Shown one piece after another: positions 1-12,530 of a DNA stretch of 56,944 nucleotides. Each line of letters opens with the position of its first letter. Positions within the stretch are counted from its first letter, which is position 1. A model generated the notes under the pieces. The model saw only the letters and a program-made list of their open reading frames with translations, searched no databases and had not been told where the DNA came from. The DNA comes from Chromera velia (Eukaryota). Location of the stretch: contig JAHBMJ010000099.1 of assembly GCA_018398765.1 (NCBI GenBank), positions 1 to 56,944 on the forward strand, in the 5' to 3' direction. A program made the translations under genes and the position numbers.

Positions 1-276
1 TCAAGACAGTACCAGGCAAATTCAATTGACGTATGAGAACATTCCCAAATGATCCCGTCTCTGAGAGGTCCCGGGACATCCATGACCGAGAGAGAAACTG
101 AAGGACAGAATGGAAAAATGAAACACCGACAGATCGAGAAGGACGAGGAAACACGAAGCACGGAGGAACTCGCTGACTGACAGACTGAACAACAACGCGC
201 ACTCAAGAAGGAAAATAAAGAGACAGACTGAATGTCTCTCCAAGAAAGAAAAGCAAGCAAGCAACAAAGAAAGAAC

Positions 277-867
277 TCAAAAGAAGGCGTCTTCCTCGTC
301 GTCCTCTTCCAACGAGAGCAGCCCCCCGTCACCCACACCTCCTTCCACTCCCCCTACACCCCCCTCCTTTCCCATTTGTGTTGCCATTGCCTCTGCCCTC
401 CTGGCCTCCCTCTCTTTGAATTCAGAGAGACCCGACACACGCTCCAACTCGACAGGGTCACGCAAGACCTGAAAGAATAAGTGAATGAATGAATGAATGA
501 ACAGACAGATGTTGATGCGATCACGCACACGCAAGAAGAAGAGGGAAAAATGTCTCTCCATTCATCTGTCTTCATTTCTGTGCTTCATATCTGCCCATGC
601 ACTTTTTTGTCTTTATTGCACAAATGTTCCCCCCCCCTGCTCTCCCTCCCGCTTCCCCCACCAGCCGACAGAAAAACAATCAAATCGAGACAAACAGACA
701 GACAGACAGATAGATAGAGAGAAAGAGAGAGGACCATGTAGCTCCACTCACCCTGAGGAGAAACTCGTCGCCCTCCTCCTGCACTGCCTTCACCACACCA
801 TCGCTGCACCCGATGCAGTGCTCGAACGGGTCGGTCTGTTGAGGGGACAGGCGGAAGTCTGCACACA

Positions 868-943
<76 letters not shown>

Positions 944-946
944 CAC

Positions 947-977
<31 letters not shown>

Positions 978-1644
978 GGGGGGGGGCACAGGAAGGGAGA
1001 CAGAGGAGGTCCTGTCTTGCGCGACGACGGTCACAAAGATGAAGAAAGGCAAAAAGGACCTGTCTGATCATCGTGACAAAAGAAACAAAGAGAAATAGAA
1101 CCCAGAAGAACCGGAAGATCGAAACGGAACGAAACGACCATCAGAGGAACTCATCCCAAACAAATGCCACGCGAGACAGACGTCATCGACGAAAAGGAGA
1201 AGGAGAACAGTGGAGGCGAGAGTCGAAATCGTCCCGCTTTCTCTTTTTCTCTCTGTCTCTCTTTATCTCTTTTCTTGGTTTGTGCGTCTGCGTGGGTCCT
1301 CTCAATGTCTCTGTTTGTCTGCAGCTCAGAGTCTCTCTGTCTCTCCCTCTCCGCACCATTCATCTCACCGTTGAGAAATCCCCTGATCGCCTGAGGTGCA
1401 GCACCCAGACACCCAACGTCCCCCCGATCCTCTGTCGTCGGGGGAGCACCAAAACCTCTGCACGCACTCACGCAGGAACGCACGAAAAGGGGGTAAAAAT
1501 ACAAGACATGCAAGACAGTAAAAATACAGCACAAAAAGGGGGTAAACGCAAGACAGCATGCCGCCACGTCACACCTTCTGTAACCGTTTTGGAGCTTGGA
1601 GCACAAAGATGTACCGGGTGTATCGCATACCATCCTTCGCCATG

Positions 1645-1691
<47 letters not shown>

Positions 1692-2018
1692 AACAGGTGG
1701 CCCGCACACAGAATCAAAACAACTCGTCTCATCTTTTCCCCCGTGAAACCTCTTTTCAGATGACCCTGACGAAGAAAGCAGAACCCTCTTTGACACCATT
1801 TGTTGTCCATTCCTCCTCCAATCCAGCTGATCCTCCAAGCCAACAAGGAAGAAAGTCCATCTGTCAGTTTGCCTTCTCTTTTCTTTCTCCTTTCCTGTTG
1901 GAAGACTCCGCGCATTTCCTTCCGCCTCTCAGAATTCTTTCAGCCTCCGAATTTGGCATCACCCAAAGAACAATCACGTAACTCTTTCTATGCGGCTTCC
2001 TTCTCCTTCCTTCACGTT

Positions 2019-2090
<72 letters not shown>

Positions 2091-2150
2091 AAAAGAAACA
2101 AAGAAAGAAAGAAAGAAAGAAAGAAAAGAAAGAAAGAAAAAGAAAGAAAA

Positions 2151-2190
<40 letters not shown>

Positions 2191-2208
2191 AAAAAAGAAA
2201 AGAAAGAA

Positions 2209-2240
<32 letters not shown>

Positions 2241-4940
2241 AAACAAGAAACAAAAAAAAAAGAAAAGAAAGAAAGAAAGAAAGAAAAGAAGGAAAGAAGG
2301 AAAGAAGGAAAGAAAGAAAGCTGACAGACCGACCCCGAGTGCTGCACAGCAGAGGCCAGGAGCTCACACGCAAGGGACGCCGCCATGGAGGAGACGCCAG
2401 GTCTCGTCACTGTGCACTGCTGGTCTAGAGTCCTGCTTGATGGAATCAAGAGGAAGGAAGGAAGAAACGAGTGAAAAAGGAGGGTGGACCGATGGACATA
2501 GGGAGGGATCTTCAAAACTCAAGCGATCTTCAAAACTCATAGGTCAAAAACACAGACAGGTCTGCAGGACACGCAAACGGAGAGGCATGAAAACAAAACA
2601 TGCCTTGGGACTGTCACAAAGGAATGAGGCAATGAAAGAGAAGTGTTCTTTCTGCGCTTCTTTCCCAATGTTCCCTTCTCACTCCTTGATTATGAGAAAC
2701 CACAATCACTCACCGATTTGCTTGGGCATCTGCTGGGGCTGCATAGTCATTGCAGAAGTAGCACCCCATTTTCTTTCTCCCTGTGGGTCCCTCAGGGTCC
2801 CCCCAAGCGTGTCTAAGCACCAGGAAGGAGTCAAACCCCAACGCTACCGTCACTCCGAGAGGCGCTCTGGCTCCTGCTTTTCCTTCCACTCCGTTCTGAT
2901 GAGGAGAAGACGAGTCAGCCTGAGACGAAGAGGAAGAGGAAGACGCTGCTGCGAGGAGAACCTGGGGAAGCCACCGTGACTCTCTGGAGTCGGTCAAGAG
3001 CATGACGACATCGTGAGACTCCAACAGAGACCGGACCTTCTGGACAGACCCCAGGAGGCCTGCCGAGCCCTCCTGCCCTCCTGGGGGAGGATGAGGAGCG
3101 GCTGTGGCTGTGTGTCCAGGCAGGGGAATCTCCAGTTTGACTCCCTCAGCGTGAATGTCCGGCCGGACTTCACGCAAGCGCTCGGCGGCAGCGACTGCCT
3201 TCGGGAGGCCCGAACAGCCCTGCAGGAGGGAATTTAGGGAGAGGGAGAGGACAAGGACACTCAGTCAATGCGTGGTGATTGATAAATCCAGGATCAGAGT
3301 TGAAAAGCGAGTGAGAATGGGAAAGTCAGACAGAGGGAAGAACCAGGAAGGAAAGTCGGGAAGAAAAGGGGCGTTCGGCGAAGGAAAGGGACCAAGGAAA
3401 GAAAGAAAGGAAAAGTCCGACATAAATGCCCGTCAGGCCAGGCACACAACCTGTGAAGCAACAAATGCCCATAACACGCCAAGCGCCTTACGGCTTCTTC
3501 CCTCTTGCAATGTAATTGTCTACCTCCATTCATCTCCCCCCCCCTCGGCCTCGATTATGTCCGTGTGGCTGTCTAACTTCTTCTATTTCTATTTGTTCTC
3601 GCGTCTGATGATCTTTCTTATTCTTCCTTCTTTCGTCTGTCAGTCCTTCTCGAAGTTCTCTTTATACTCCCTCCACCCACCTCCGCTGCAGCGTCCTTGT
3701 GAGTGAACAACGACTGCCTCACAGGGTTGGACATCGCCACCCTCCCCGAGTCAACGAACGTGAAATGACGCACGCCCCACCCGAGAAGACCGCGCGCAAC
3801 CGCACAACCAAGGGTTCCCGCTCCAATGAGGAGGAACTGAAGCTGGCTGATCCTCTCAGGTTCCAACTCAGGCACCATTCTCCACTTGATCAGCTTCACG
3901 TTCAATTCAACAGCATTGGCCTGGAGTGCCGTCGCGTCGAGAAAATGGGCCAAATCGAGAGATGACACAGTCGAACTTTTCTTTCCGGGACCACTCAAAA
4001 AGAAAAGCCATCCAGCAGCAGGGACACTCTTGCCTGGCTGGGGATACTCAGGAATTCGGATCGTCCAGAGTTTGAAGTTTTCTTCTGTAAACCCTTTACA
4101 CTTCTTTACAAGCACTCTACAATACCAATTACCCCCCTTACCCCCAGCACTCAAAGTTTTCGAAAACCAAAGAAAAAAGTTTCTCCACACCCAACTCAGC
4201 ACGCCATCTGCACCACAAGGATCTACCAGAACAAGAAAAACCGATTTCCCCCCTACCTCCTCCTGCTGCTGACTGCACGCAGCAGCCATGTCAGGGCCGT
4301 CTCGCAAAGCCACTGGAGGCACATCGGAGGGGCTGCTCAGATCAATTGCATACACCTGAGGGGACGTGAGACTGTGTTGATCCGTCTCCGTAAATTGCAG
4401 GAGACGGTCTCGTTGTGTGGATGTGAGAGCTTCGGAGACGGCTTCAGGCAGTCTCTCCAAGGAGACGGCACAATTGGGGTCCTCGTGATGGACTGCCGGT
4501 ACCGTGACAGAATAGTGGACTTTGTACTTCTTCAAGTCCATGAAGGAAAGCACGAGGAAACGTGTCAAAGCCGTCAAGGGAAACCGTCCAGAGACAGTAC
4601 TGAACGAAGCTGCTGCCTCCTCAACTTCGGCAGCCACTTTCTGGGCCGCCCCAATCCGGTCAAACTTTTTGAAATCTTCCAGAGTATTGAAATTCAACAC
4701 ACGACCGTAGACCAGAACCTCTTTGCTATCCTTCCCTTCCAAGTGACCTTCCAGAGAGAGACGGTCCAGCCGAACCTCTCCAGGAGTCTTCCCATCGGCA
4801 CCAGCGATGAAAACACCTGTCACCGGAATTTCTGGAGTGCTCAGCTTCAGCACATCCAGCTTCCGACTTCCAAGTTCTTGCCAAAAGGAAATATCAACGG
4901 AAACATTGAACGGAGCAAAGTGCACAGCTTGTTGCGACAT
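277..4940 (-). CDS. ATG7: Autophagy E1-like activating enzyme ATG7; 6 exons: 4940-3681, 3219-2714, 2432-2334, 1457-1369, 858-752, 468-277 (750 aa)
   Basis: N-terminal FAPF..VDISFW.EL..KLD motif, NAVELNVKLIKWRMVPEL, GAGTLGC ATP-binding loop, VDSGRVAMSNPVRQSLF, LLTDSRESRWLP, ALGFDSFLVLRH, GCYFCND, catalytic RTLDQQCTVTRPG, PQAIRGFL and C-terminal CIGCS. All introns are GT-AG with consistent phases; the joined length of 2253 nt is divisible by 3. Confidence 0.96.
863..976. repeat. (CA)n microsatellite in an ATG7 intron; further (CA)/(TG) tracts at ~1647-1688, 7844-7869, 9019-9370, 12513-12538, 23040-23070, 29805-29850, 34953-34988, 51083-51130, 54669-54725
   Basis: Direct observation. Confidence 0.95.
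2020..2320. repeat. (AAAG)n degenerate microsatellite in an ATG7 intron; similar (CTTT)/(CTTC)n arrays at 54950-55200 and 55475-55830
   Basis: Direct observation. Confidence 0.95.
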
Positions 4941-5631
4941 GGCTGAGCACGCAAACTCGGCAGCTGACTGAGTGGAGCACCCCGGCTTGAGAGAGTGAAA
5001 GTAGCTTGCTTTCGACCTTTTCAACTGTCAATCGATGCCGCCGATTCTGTTTTTCGCTACATCCAAACCAATGCCAGGCTCCGCTTCGCACAGAGAGACT
5101 GAGCACAAAACATATGTCAACTGCATGCATGAGCTTGCCCGAACCCAACTTCAACATACTTCAACTTAGTTGGCAGACTGCAATGAGTACGTCGGTCGAT
5201 GTCAGCTAGGATGCCGTCTCCTCGGGGATCCTCGGGGTGCGCGCACCGCCCATGCAGCTTGTGGGGCACTTATTCATAAATTAATTCCTTCCTCTGACGC
5301 ACGCAGTGTTAATTATATAGGCTGCCGACCGATACGTACCCAACTGAAGCATGCAGACGTACAGACGGAAGAAAGGTTCTCTTTAATTATTCTGGACGAT
5401 CGACGTCCTGATCGATCTGCTCCGACCGGACTAAGTGGTACGGTGGACTCTCTCGTACGTACAGGAGAAAAGGTGAACTGAATCAACGCCTTTCAAACAC
5501 GATCTGACACATAGTCGGGCCATCTGTGTGCTCAGCGAGTCCATGCATGCCAACTGCATGCGAGCATGCGCTTAAATTCGATCCTTAATTGACTTTCCTC
5601 CAAGTGATACTGGCCTTTGAATAATCCAGCC
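4941..5631. promoter_or_regulatory. Divergent intergenic/promoter region between ATG7 and the pepsin-family gene, with TGCATGC(A) motifs
   Basis: Head-to-head start codons at 4940 (-) and 5632 (+). TGCATGCA at 5122-5129 and TGCATGC at 5544 and 5555. TGCATGCA is a known ApiAP2-bound motif in apicomplexans. Confidence 0.5.
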
Positions 5632-7819
5632 ATGCCGAGTTTCTGCTCATTTATCGTGCTCCAGGCCCTGGCACTTGGTTGTCTTACGGCGGTGTCCGTG
5701 TGGGGTCATGAGGGCAACGACGACGATCACGACCAATTGACGGGGAGGCACATGCACTTCCATACAAACAGACCAGTGGACGTGAAGGTGCGTAATCCAA
5801 TTAGACGTCACAGTGGTTTAGTCAGAAACAATACGACTGTTCTGCTTACAAATGCTTCTAACTGTACAAAAATGCAAAGCAAAAAAAGCTGTGCGTCAAA
5901 AGCAAACCTGACCATTTGTTGACCTCTCTCTTTCTCATTATATATGCTTAATTGTTTTCTTATATATATACTTGTGTGCAGCTTCCGGGATGCGTGGTCA
6001 GTCAGTCAGTCGGCCTGGTGGCTTTGGGTGCTGAGAGCTTCTTCAGAATCCTTTCTCCTCCTGTCACACTCCTGCCTTCTCCCCCAACCCAAACTCTCCT
6101 CTCGCTCCTTTCCGTCCTTTCCTGTTCATTCACACATATATATAAAGCCCTCAAATGAAGTTAAAAAAAAAAGACGCCCCACCCCCTTCCATCCCACCCA
6201 CTCCGTCTTCCTGTCCCGTCTACTTACCCCTTCCTCGCACTTGTCTGTTTCTTTGTTTGTTTGCTTGTCTGTCTGTCTTGCTGGCTGCGCGCAGACTGAA
6301 ATCTCGGCAGGGAACATGGACTTCACTGTGGGAGTGGACATGACAAGCGACCTCAGCTGGTTCCCCGGTACGTCCGTCAGTGAAACACTGTATGCGTGTC
6401 AGTCTGCTTTACAGTACACTGTATGCGTGCAGTGAGGGTGTGTGTGAGTGCATGGGATGGTAAGTGAGTGAGTCAATGCGTCACTTCGTGACGAAGTTGG
6501 TGGATGCGTGAATGAATGGAAGAATGCGTGAGTGAGCTACTAAGCCTGCGAGTGACTTAGTGAATGAATGAGTGAGTAAGTGAGTGAGAAAGCGACAGAG
6601 CTGTTGAGTGAAAGAGTCTGTATGCGAGTGGGTGTGGAGAGGGCAGAGGGGATGTCCCCGAATTCATGAACGAACACACAAAACCCCCCAAAAGATCCTC
6701 CCCCACTTTCACAACAGAAGTGAAGGGAAGCGACACTGCCCCCAGAGGCGGTCTTTTTCACTCACCCCTCCTCTACCTGCTGAAAAATGCGTCCATTCCC
6801 GTATGTCTTTCTGTATACAGGCAAGAAAGCCTTGGGAATATGAAAGAAGAACTTTTTCAAATTGCCATTTTTTGCTCTTCTCGAATTCACTTCTTCTGCC
6901 GGGGTCTCTTTCGCGTTTGTGCAGGCCTGGGCTGCAAACTTTGCAAGAGTCAGTGGCTAAGTCGTGAGAAAGTAAAAACGGAGTCCGTACAAAAGACGCT
7001 CAGTGGGTGACTCTGTGGATCATCCTCGTTCTTTCTCCTTCCCTCCTCCTTTTTGGCGCAGCTCGGACCAGCTCCCTTGGCGGTGTTCTGCAGTGCCTTG
7101 TTGTGGTTCCAAATTGCTCAGCTCTTTTTGTTTTTGTTTTCACGTTTTAATGGTCCCGCCCCGCCTCTTGGGCAGAGACGTAAGTATGGCTGGCGAGCCT
7201 GCCGGGACGCACACCCCTAATTCTTTCTTTCTTTCTTTCTTTATTTATTTATTTCTTTGGTTAGTGTCCTCTCTCATGTTGTTTTTGTACCCCCGCGTAC
7301 AGCAGAGAGACATTTGATGTCTGGTCAGAGAATAAAAACCGACAAGCAAAAACAGGCATCTACTAGCCGTGTATGTGCATGCCCTGCTTGGTTTTCGATG
7401 CTCTTACTGAATGACCGCAGCCAACTCGCCCGACGGGTGCACACAGCAGTGCGGACGGAATGTGCGAATGCCTGAGTGTCGGGAGTCGATCCGGAAGGAG
7501 GACGAGAACGGCAACGAAGTCATCGTCATGGGGAACAGCAAAGACCCAAGACTCGTAGACCAAGTCGGAGTGAGCGAAATGAAAGTGATGAGATCTTGGG
7601 GAGGGGCACACTCAGCATCAGGACCAATCTGTGCAACCAAAGTCACGAATGGAGGTGAGGGGATTCATCGGACAGCGAAGTTCAATTTTGGTTTGCCTGC
7701 AGATCGCATGGGGTGAGAGACCCAATCAAGTAAGGGTGCCCTCCCCCCCTCGCAGAGCTTCACATTGACGTTTCTTTCCTTTACCAAGTGTTTCAGCAAA
7801 GAGACTGCATGACATGACT

Positions 7820-7861
<42 letters not shown>

Positions 7862-9015
7862 TGTGTGTGCATTTGCAGAATGCGGGCTCGAAACTGTAGT
7901 TGAATACATTTTTGCAACGCTCGAGCATGTCGTCGGGTTCCCTTCTAATCCTCCTCAGGACCTCATTCCGGTAGGCTCTTTCTCTCTTATCTGTGTTTGC
8001 CTGGATGCATGCTTGTGTGACTCTAATTGTCTAGAATATCTGAGGTAGGCTTCTTTTCTGTCTTGCGTCTTTCTTTCTTTCTTTCTTTCTGTCTTTCTGT
8101 CTTTCTGTCTTTCTGTCTTTCTGTCTTTCTGTTTTTCTGTCTTTCTGTCTGTCTGTCTGTCTGTCTTTCTGTCCGTCTGTCTGTCTGTCTTTCTGTTTTT
8201 CTGTCTTTCTGTCTGTCTGTCTGTCTGTCTTTCTGTCTTTCTGTTTTTCTGTCTTTCTGTCTGTCTGTCTGTCTTTCTGTCTTTCTGTCCGTCCGTCTGT
8301 CTGTCTGTCTGTCTGTCTGTATAGTCTGCCTGTCTGTCTGTCTGTCTGTCTGTCTGTCTTTCTGTCTGTCTGTCTTGCTGTGTCCGCTTGTTTCCCTCAA
8401 TTCCCCGTCGGGCACTCTCCTGCAGGGCGGAATGCTTGGTTTCTCCCCCCAATCAAAACGTGAGTCCGTTCGTTGGACTGTCAGTCAGTCAGTCAGGCAG
8501 GCAGGCAGGCAGGCAGGAAGGCAGGCAGTAAAGCGATTCAAATCGACTTTCTTTTGCAAGCGTGCGACTGGGACGAGGCCTTCCTTTCCTCCCCCTGCTT
8601 CTTCTTCTTCTTCTTCTTCTTCTTCTTCTCCTTCTTCTTTCTTCCTTTTTCTCCTGTTTCTTTGCTTTTTTGTTTCTTTTTCGCGTCTTCTTGTCGTGTG
8701 CCTTAGCTTCCTTCATTTCTTGCTTGCTTCCTTCCTGGCTTTTGTTTTTCTCCTCTCCCCCCCTTTCAGTTCTGGAGTCCATCATGCGATCGGACCTCCA
8801 GGGCCTCCAGGGACAGTGGAGCCTCCTTCTGGGGCCTGGGAAGGAAGGGGCAAGGGTGGGTCGGTGGGGGGGAGAAGGGGGGGGGGGCATTGACTGGATG
8901 ACCGCAATCTTTTGCTTTGTCCCTCTTGCCTTTGCCAGGCCTACTCTCAATGGTAAAACTGTTTGGCGCTTTCAGGTGGAGCATCTCACAGGCATCATCT
9001 TTCACAGATACACAG

Positions 9016-9111
<96 letters not shown>

Positions 9112-9301
9112 GCACACACACGCACACACACGCACACACACACACACACACACACACGCATACACATATATATACACACACACATTCACGCAGGTGCACA
9201 CGCACTTACATACACGCATACATACACACATCTGCACATACACACACACACACACACACACATGCACGCAGGTGCACACGCACGCACTCACACACACGCA
9301 T

Positions 9302-9336
<35 letters not shown>

Positions 9337-12300
9337 CACGCAGGTGCACACGCACTTACACACACGCATACATATATACGTACACCTGTCACTGGGTGAA
9401 TGCGTCAACAAGTGATCGGTATGCTGTCATAGAGTTCTCCCCGCTCTGTTTTCTTTCTGCCATTACTTTTTGAATTCACGAAGATGGCGTGCTTCTTCGT
9501 CTTTTTTTTGTCAATTTGAACTCTGTTTTCCATTCTCCATGAAAACCTGTCGGAGCAAATTCAGATGGCTTTCGGCACCCCCGATGAAATATCAGAAGAG
9601 GAACCCACACGCGTCGTGTGCACTAAATGGATTTCTGCCTGGAAGGCGCCTTGGGGGAAGAACGGAGGGGGACGCGTGGAGTCGGATGCCAACGCGAGTG
9701 ATTTGGCATCGGATCCTCCGACTGAAGAGGAGGGAGAAGCATCAACTGAAGAGGCACCGGACCTCTTGTCTGACGATACGCAAACGGTGGAAGAGAATGT
9801 GAAGCGTTCCAAAGGTCTCTGGGCATTCCACGTTGACAGAGTGAGTGTGTACTCTCACACACTTGCAGGATCACCTGGGAGGTCCACAGCGTGTCTGTCG
9901 TCAAGCTTTTTCGAATCTGTGCAAGGTATCAAAAAATGGTTTGGCTTTGCAAATGACGACAATGGAAAAGAGAAACAGACAAAAGAAAAAACAGTTTTGT
10001 GGACCCGGGAGGGTTTCGTGAAGGCCGGTAGTCCTCCTGAGGCGCTTAACGAGATCAGAAAAGAAGGTCCGAAAGCAAAAATCAGGGACTACGTTCAGGA
10101 GTTGGATGAGGCAGAGCTTGACCTCTCCGCTTGGGAAGAGACCGGTTGGGAGGAGGGAGAAGAGGGAGACGGGTCGGAAGATCTGTTTCAAGACACGCCA
10201 ATTGAGGACACACACAAAATTCCTTCCACAGAAGTTCCCAGTAACGAAAAGGACCAGAGAGAAAGAAAAGCCTTCGAGAGGCGAAAACTCGCAGGAAGAC
10301 GCGACAGAAGAGCGAGAAAGAGAGCGTCAGGAGAGGAGAGGGATCGGTGTGTTTGGGGAAAGAATTCCACTGAAGACCCCAAACATCTCCCCGGACTGGG
10401 GCGAAAGAGAAAGAAAACGATCATCGCGGAAGAGTCAGTCAGTCAGTCAGTCAGTCAATCACAGGACATCGATCGCATGACTCTCTCTCTCTCTCTCTCT
10501 CCAAGGAATTCGTCCATTCTCTTTTCTTCTCCGTGATCCATGCCCATCAACCCGGGCGGCTTTTGGTGGAATGAGAGACTACCTGCAAATTGTTTGACTG
10601 TTTTGCTCCACGACAAAGTGGGTGGCTGTTGCTCTCTTCAAAGCTATCGCCTCTTTCGGTGCTTTGCCCAAAAGTCCTCACTCAGTGCGTGACAGTTTCG
10701 AGGCTTCTGTCACTCGAAGGTCATCTTTCTTCGCCTTCGATTCGCTGTGTGTAGTTTCGAAGCACCAGAAGAGCTTCACAAAAGTGTACTTTCTTTCTCT
10801 TTTGCTTGCAGTCAATATGCTGCGTTCAACTTGGGTGTGGTGCCGATCATCACTCCTGCCGGACTAGACAAGGAGCTTCGAGAAAAACTGGTGGAAGCCC
10901 TGAAGCCGAGTGACTTCGAGTAAGTCTGCGATGACGGATTGAGTGAGAAAGCCCAAGTCGGATTTTCAATTTGCTGAGGGAAGCAAGTCTTCATTCGTAA
11001 GATTCCGAATGATTTCTACTAGACGACTTGGTTTGCAGCTCAAAAGCCAGCCACATGGTCCTAAATTCCTCCTCTCAGGCAGACCCGCTGGGAAAAACAG
11101 AGAAAGGATGAGCAAGAAGGGGGAGTAGAGAATTCAACAATGCCGGACTTCTCTCTTGCAAGTTCTTTCTTGCATCGGTCTACTCTCTCATGCTTTAAAG
11201 ATTCCTCCGTGCGTGTAAAGAAAGTCACTGAGCCTGCTACACGACAGAGCGGATGTACGGCACTTTCTGCCGCACCTGTACTAGGTTTCCAGTAATGTGC
11301 TTACTCAAACCTTCCTTCTTTATTCTTACACTTTGCAAAACAGGTTTTTCTTCTCTCTTAATTGCCATTTGCTTTCAATTTGCAGACAATTAAGAATCAG
11401 AGACTGTGACGCAGGTACGTCTGTCTGTCTGTCTGTCTGTCTTTCTGTCTGTCTGTCTTTCTGTCGGTCTCTGAGAGCAGAATTCTAGCCCCGCCCCGCT
11501 GTGCACATACAGAAAGAAAGAATCGAGGAAAACAAATGCAGGAGTGATAGAGAGAAAAAGTTTTCACTGAAGTCTTTGGCAGCTGAGCAATTAAGAGCGA
11601 TAATGCGCGTCTGGTTGATTCAGGCCAGAGGTAAATACTCCTGTCTTCTTCACTCAAGTTTGTGATCTGAATTTTCTTTCCGTTCAGCTATATCAGGAGA
11701 CGTCATCTTACATGCCCCAACTTCCCTTGGCAATCTCTTTGTTTAGGACGGAGATTTTTCCGCGGCCTTTTTCGGCCTTTCGCGCTGCATTCCTTTCTCT
11801 GTCTGGCTTTCGCAGAAACATTGGAGAGCCTGGTGTGCACGTGCGAGTCTGTGTGGCTCGACCAGGAACACAAGTGGGTCAGTCAGGTGGCTGGCTGTAT
11901 TACGGATTCACCTTGAAACCTCCATGAACTTTGCTTTGTGACGCTGGCAGTCAATCAATTCATCTCACCTTATCTGCTGTGTGATCTCGCTGCGTGGGAC
12001 CTGTTCCGCTCTCAAGTCAATGCTTCCAAGAGCGGCCAGAGCGTTTTATCCATATTCCAGTGAATCTTTTCTATGGTACCTTTCTTGACCCATCTCCCTC
12101 CCTGCAGGTGGGGGCGTCTGGTGTTTGAGGTCAACGGGTGGGAGTTGGACCTCGGCCCTAGAGACTACTTCTGGCCCATAGAGGATACTCAAGACTCGAG
12201 GTGCAAACTGGGTGCGTTGTCTGGGACAGACAGACAGACAGACAGACAGACAGGTCGTCAAATCGTTGCAGTAGGAAAAGGAACACGAATGCATTTTCTG

Positions 12301-12472
12301 GATCAATTGATTAGGGGGAATCAAAGACGGATGTGGTCAGAAGGTGAGGCGACACTTCCAATTTGTGAATGCCATTGTACAAGGAGAATAGTTCTCGGCT
12401 GCTTGTGTACAGGTTCTTCGGTCCCCCCGTATTCGACTCATTTTTGCCTGATTCCTTTGCTTTACGGATGTC

Positions 12473-12530
<58 letters not shown>

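Noticed and set aside
497..2515. Long ORFs with HTHT/CVCV/KERK/FLSF runs (also at 8.0-9.4, 45.6-47.5 and 54.4-56.0 kb)
   Set aside because: These are translations of stop-free microsatellites in introns and intergenic DNA, not proteins.
10505..10620. Candidate extra exon of the pepsin-family gene
   Set aside because: All frames from the AAG acceptor hit stops; 10433 joins 10812 directly in phase.
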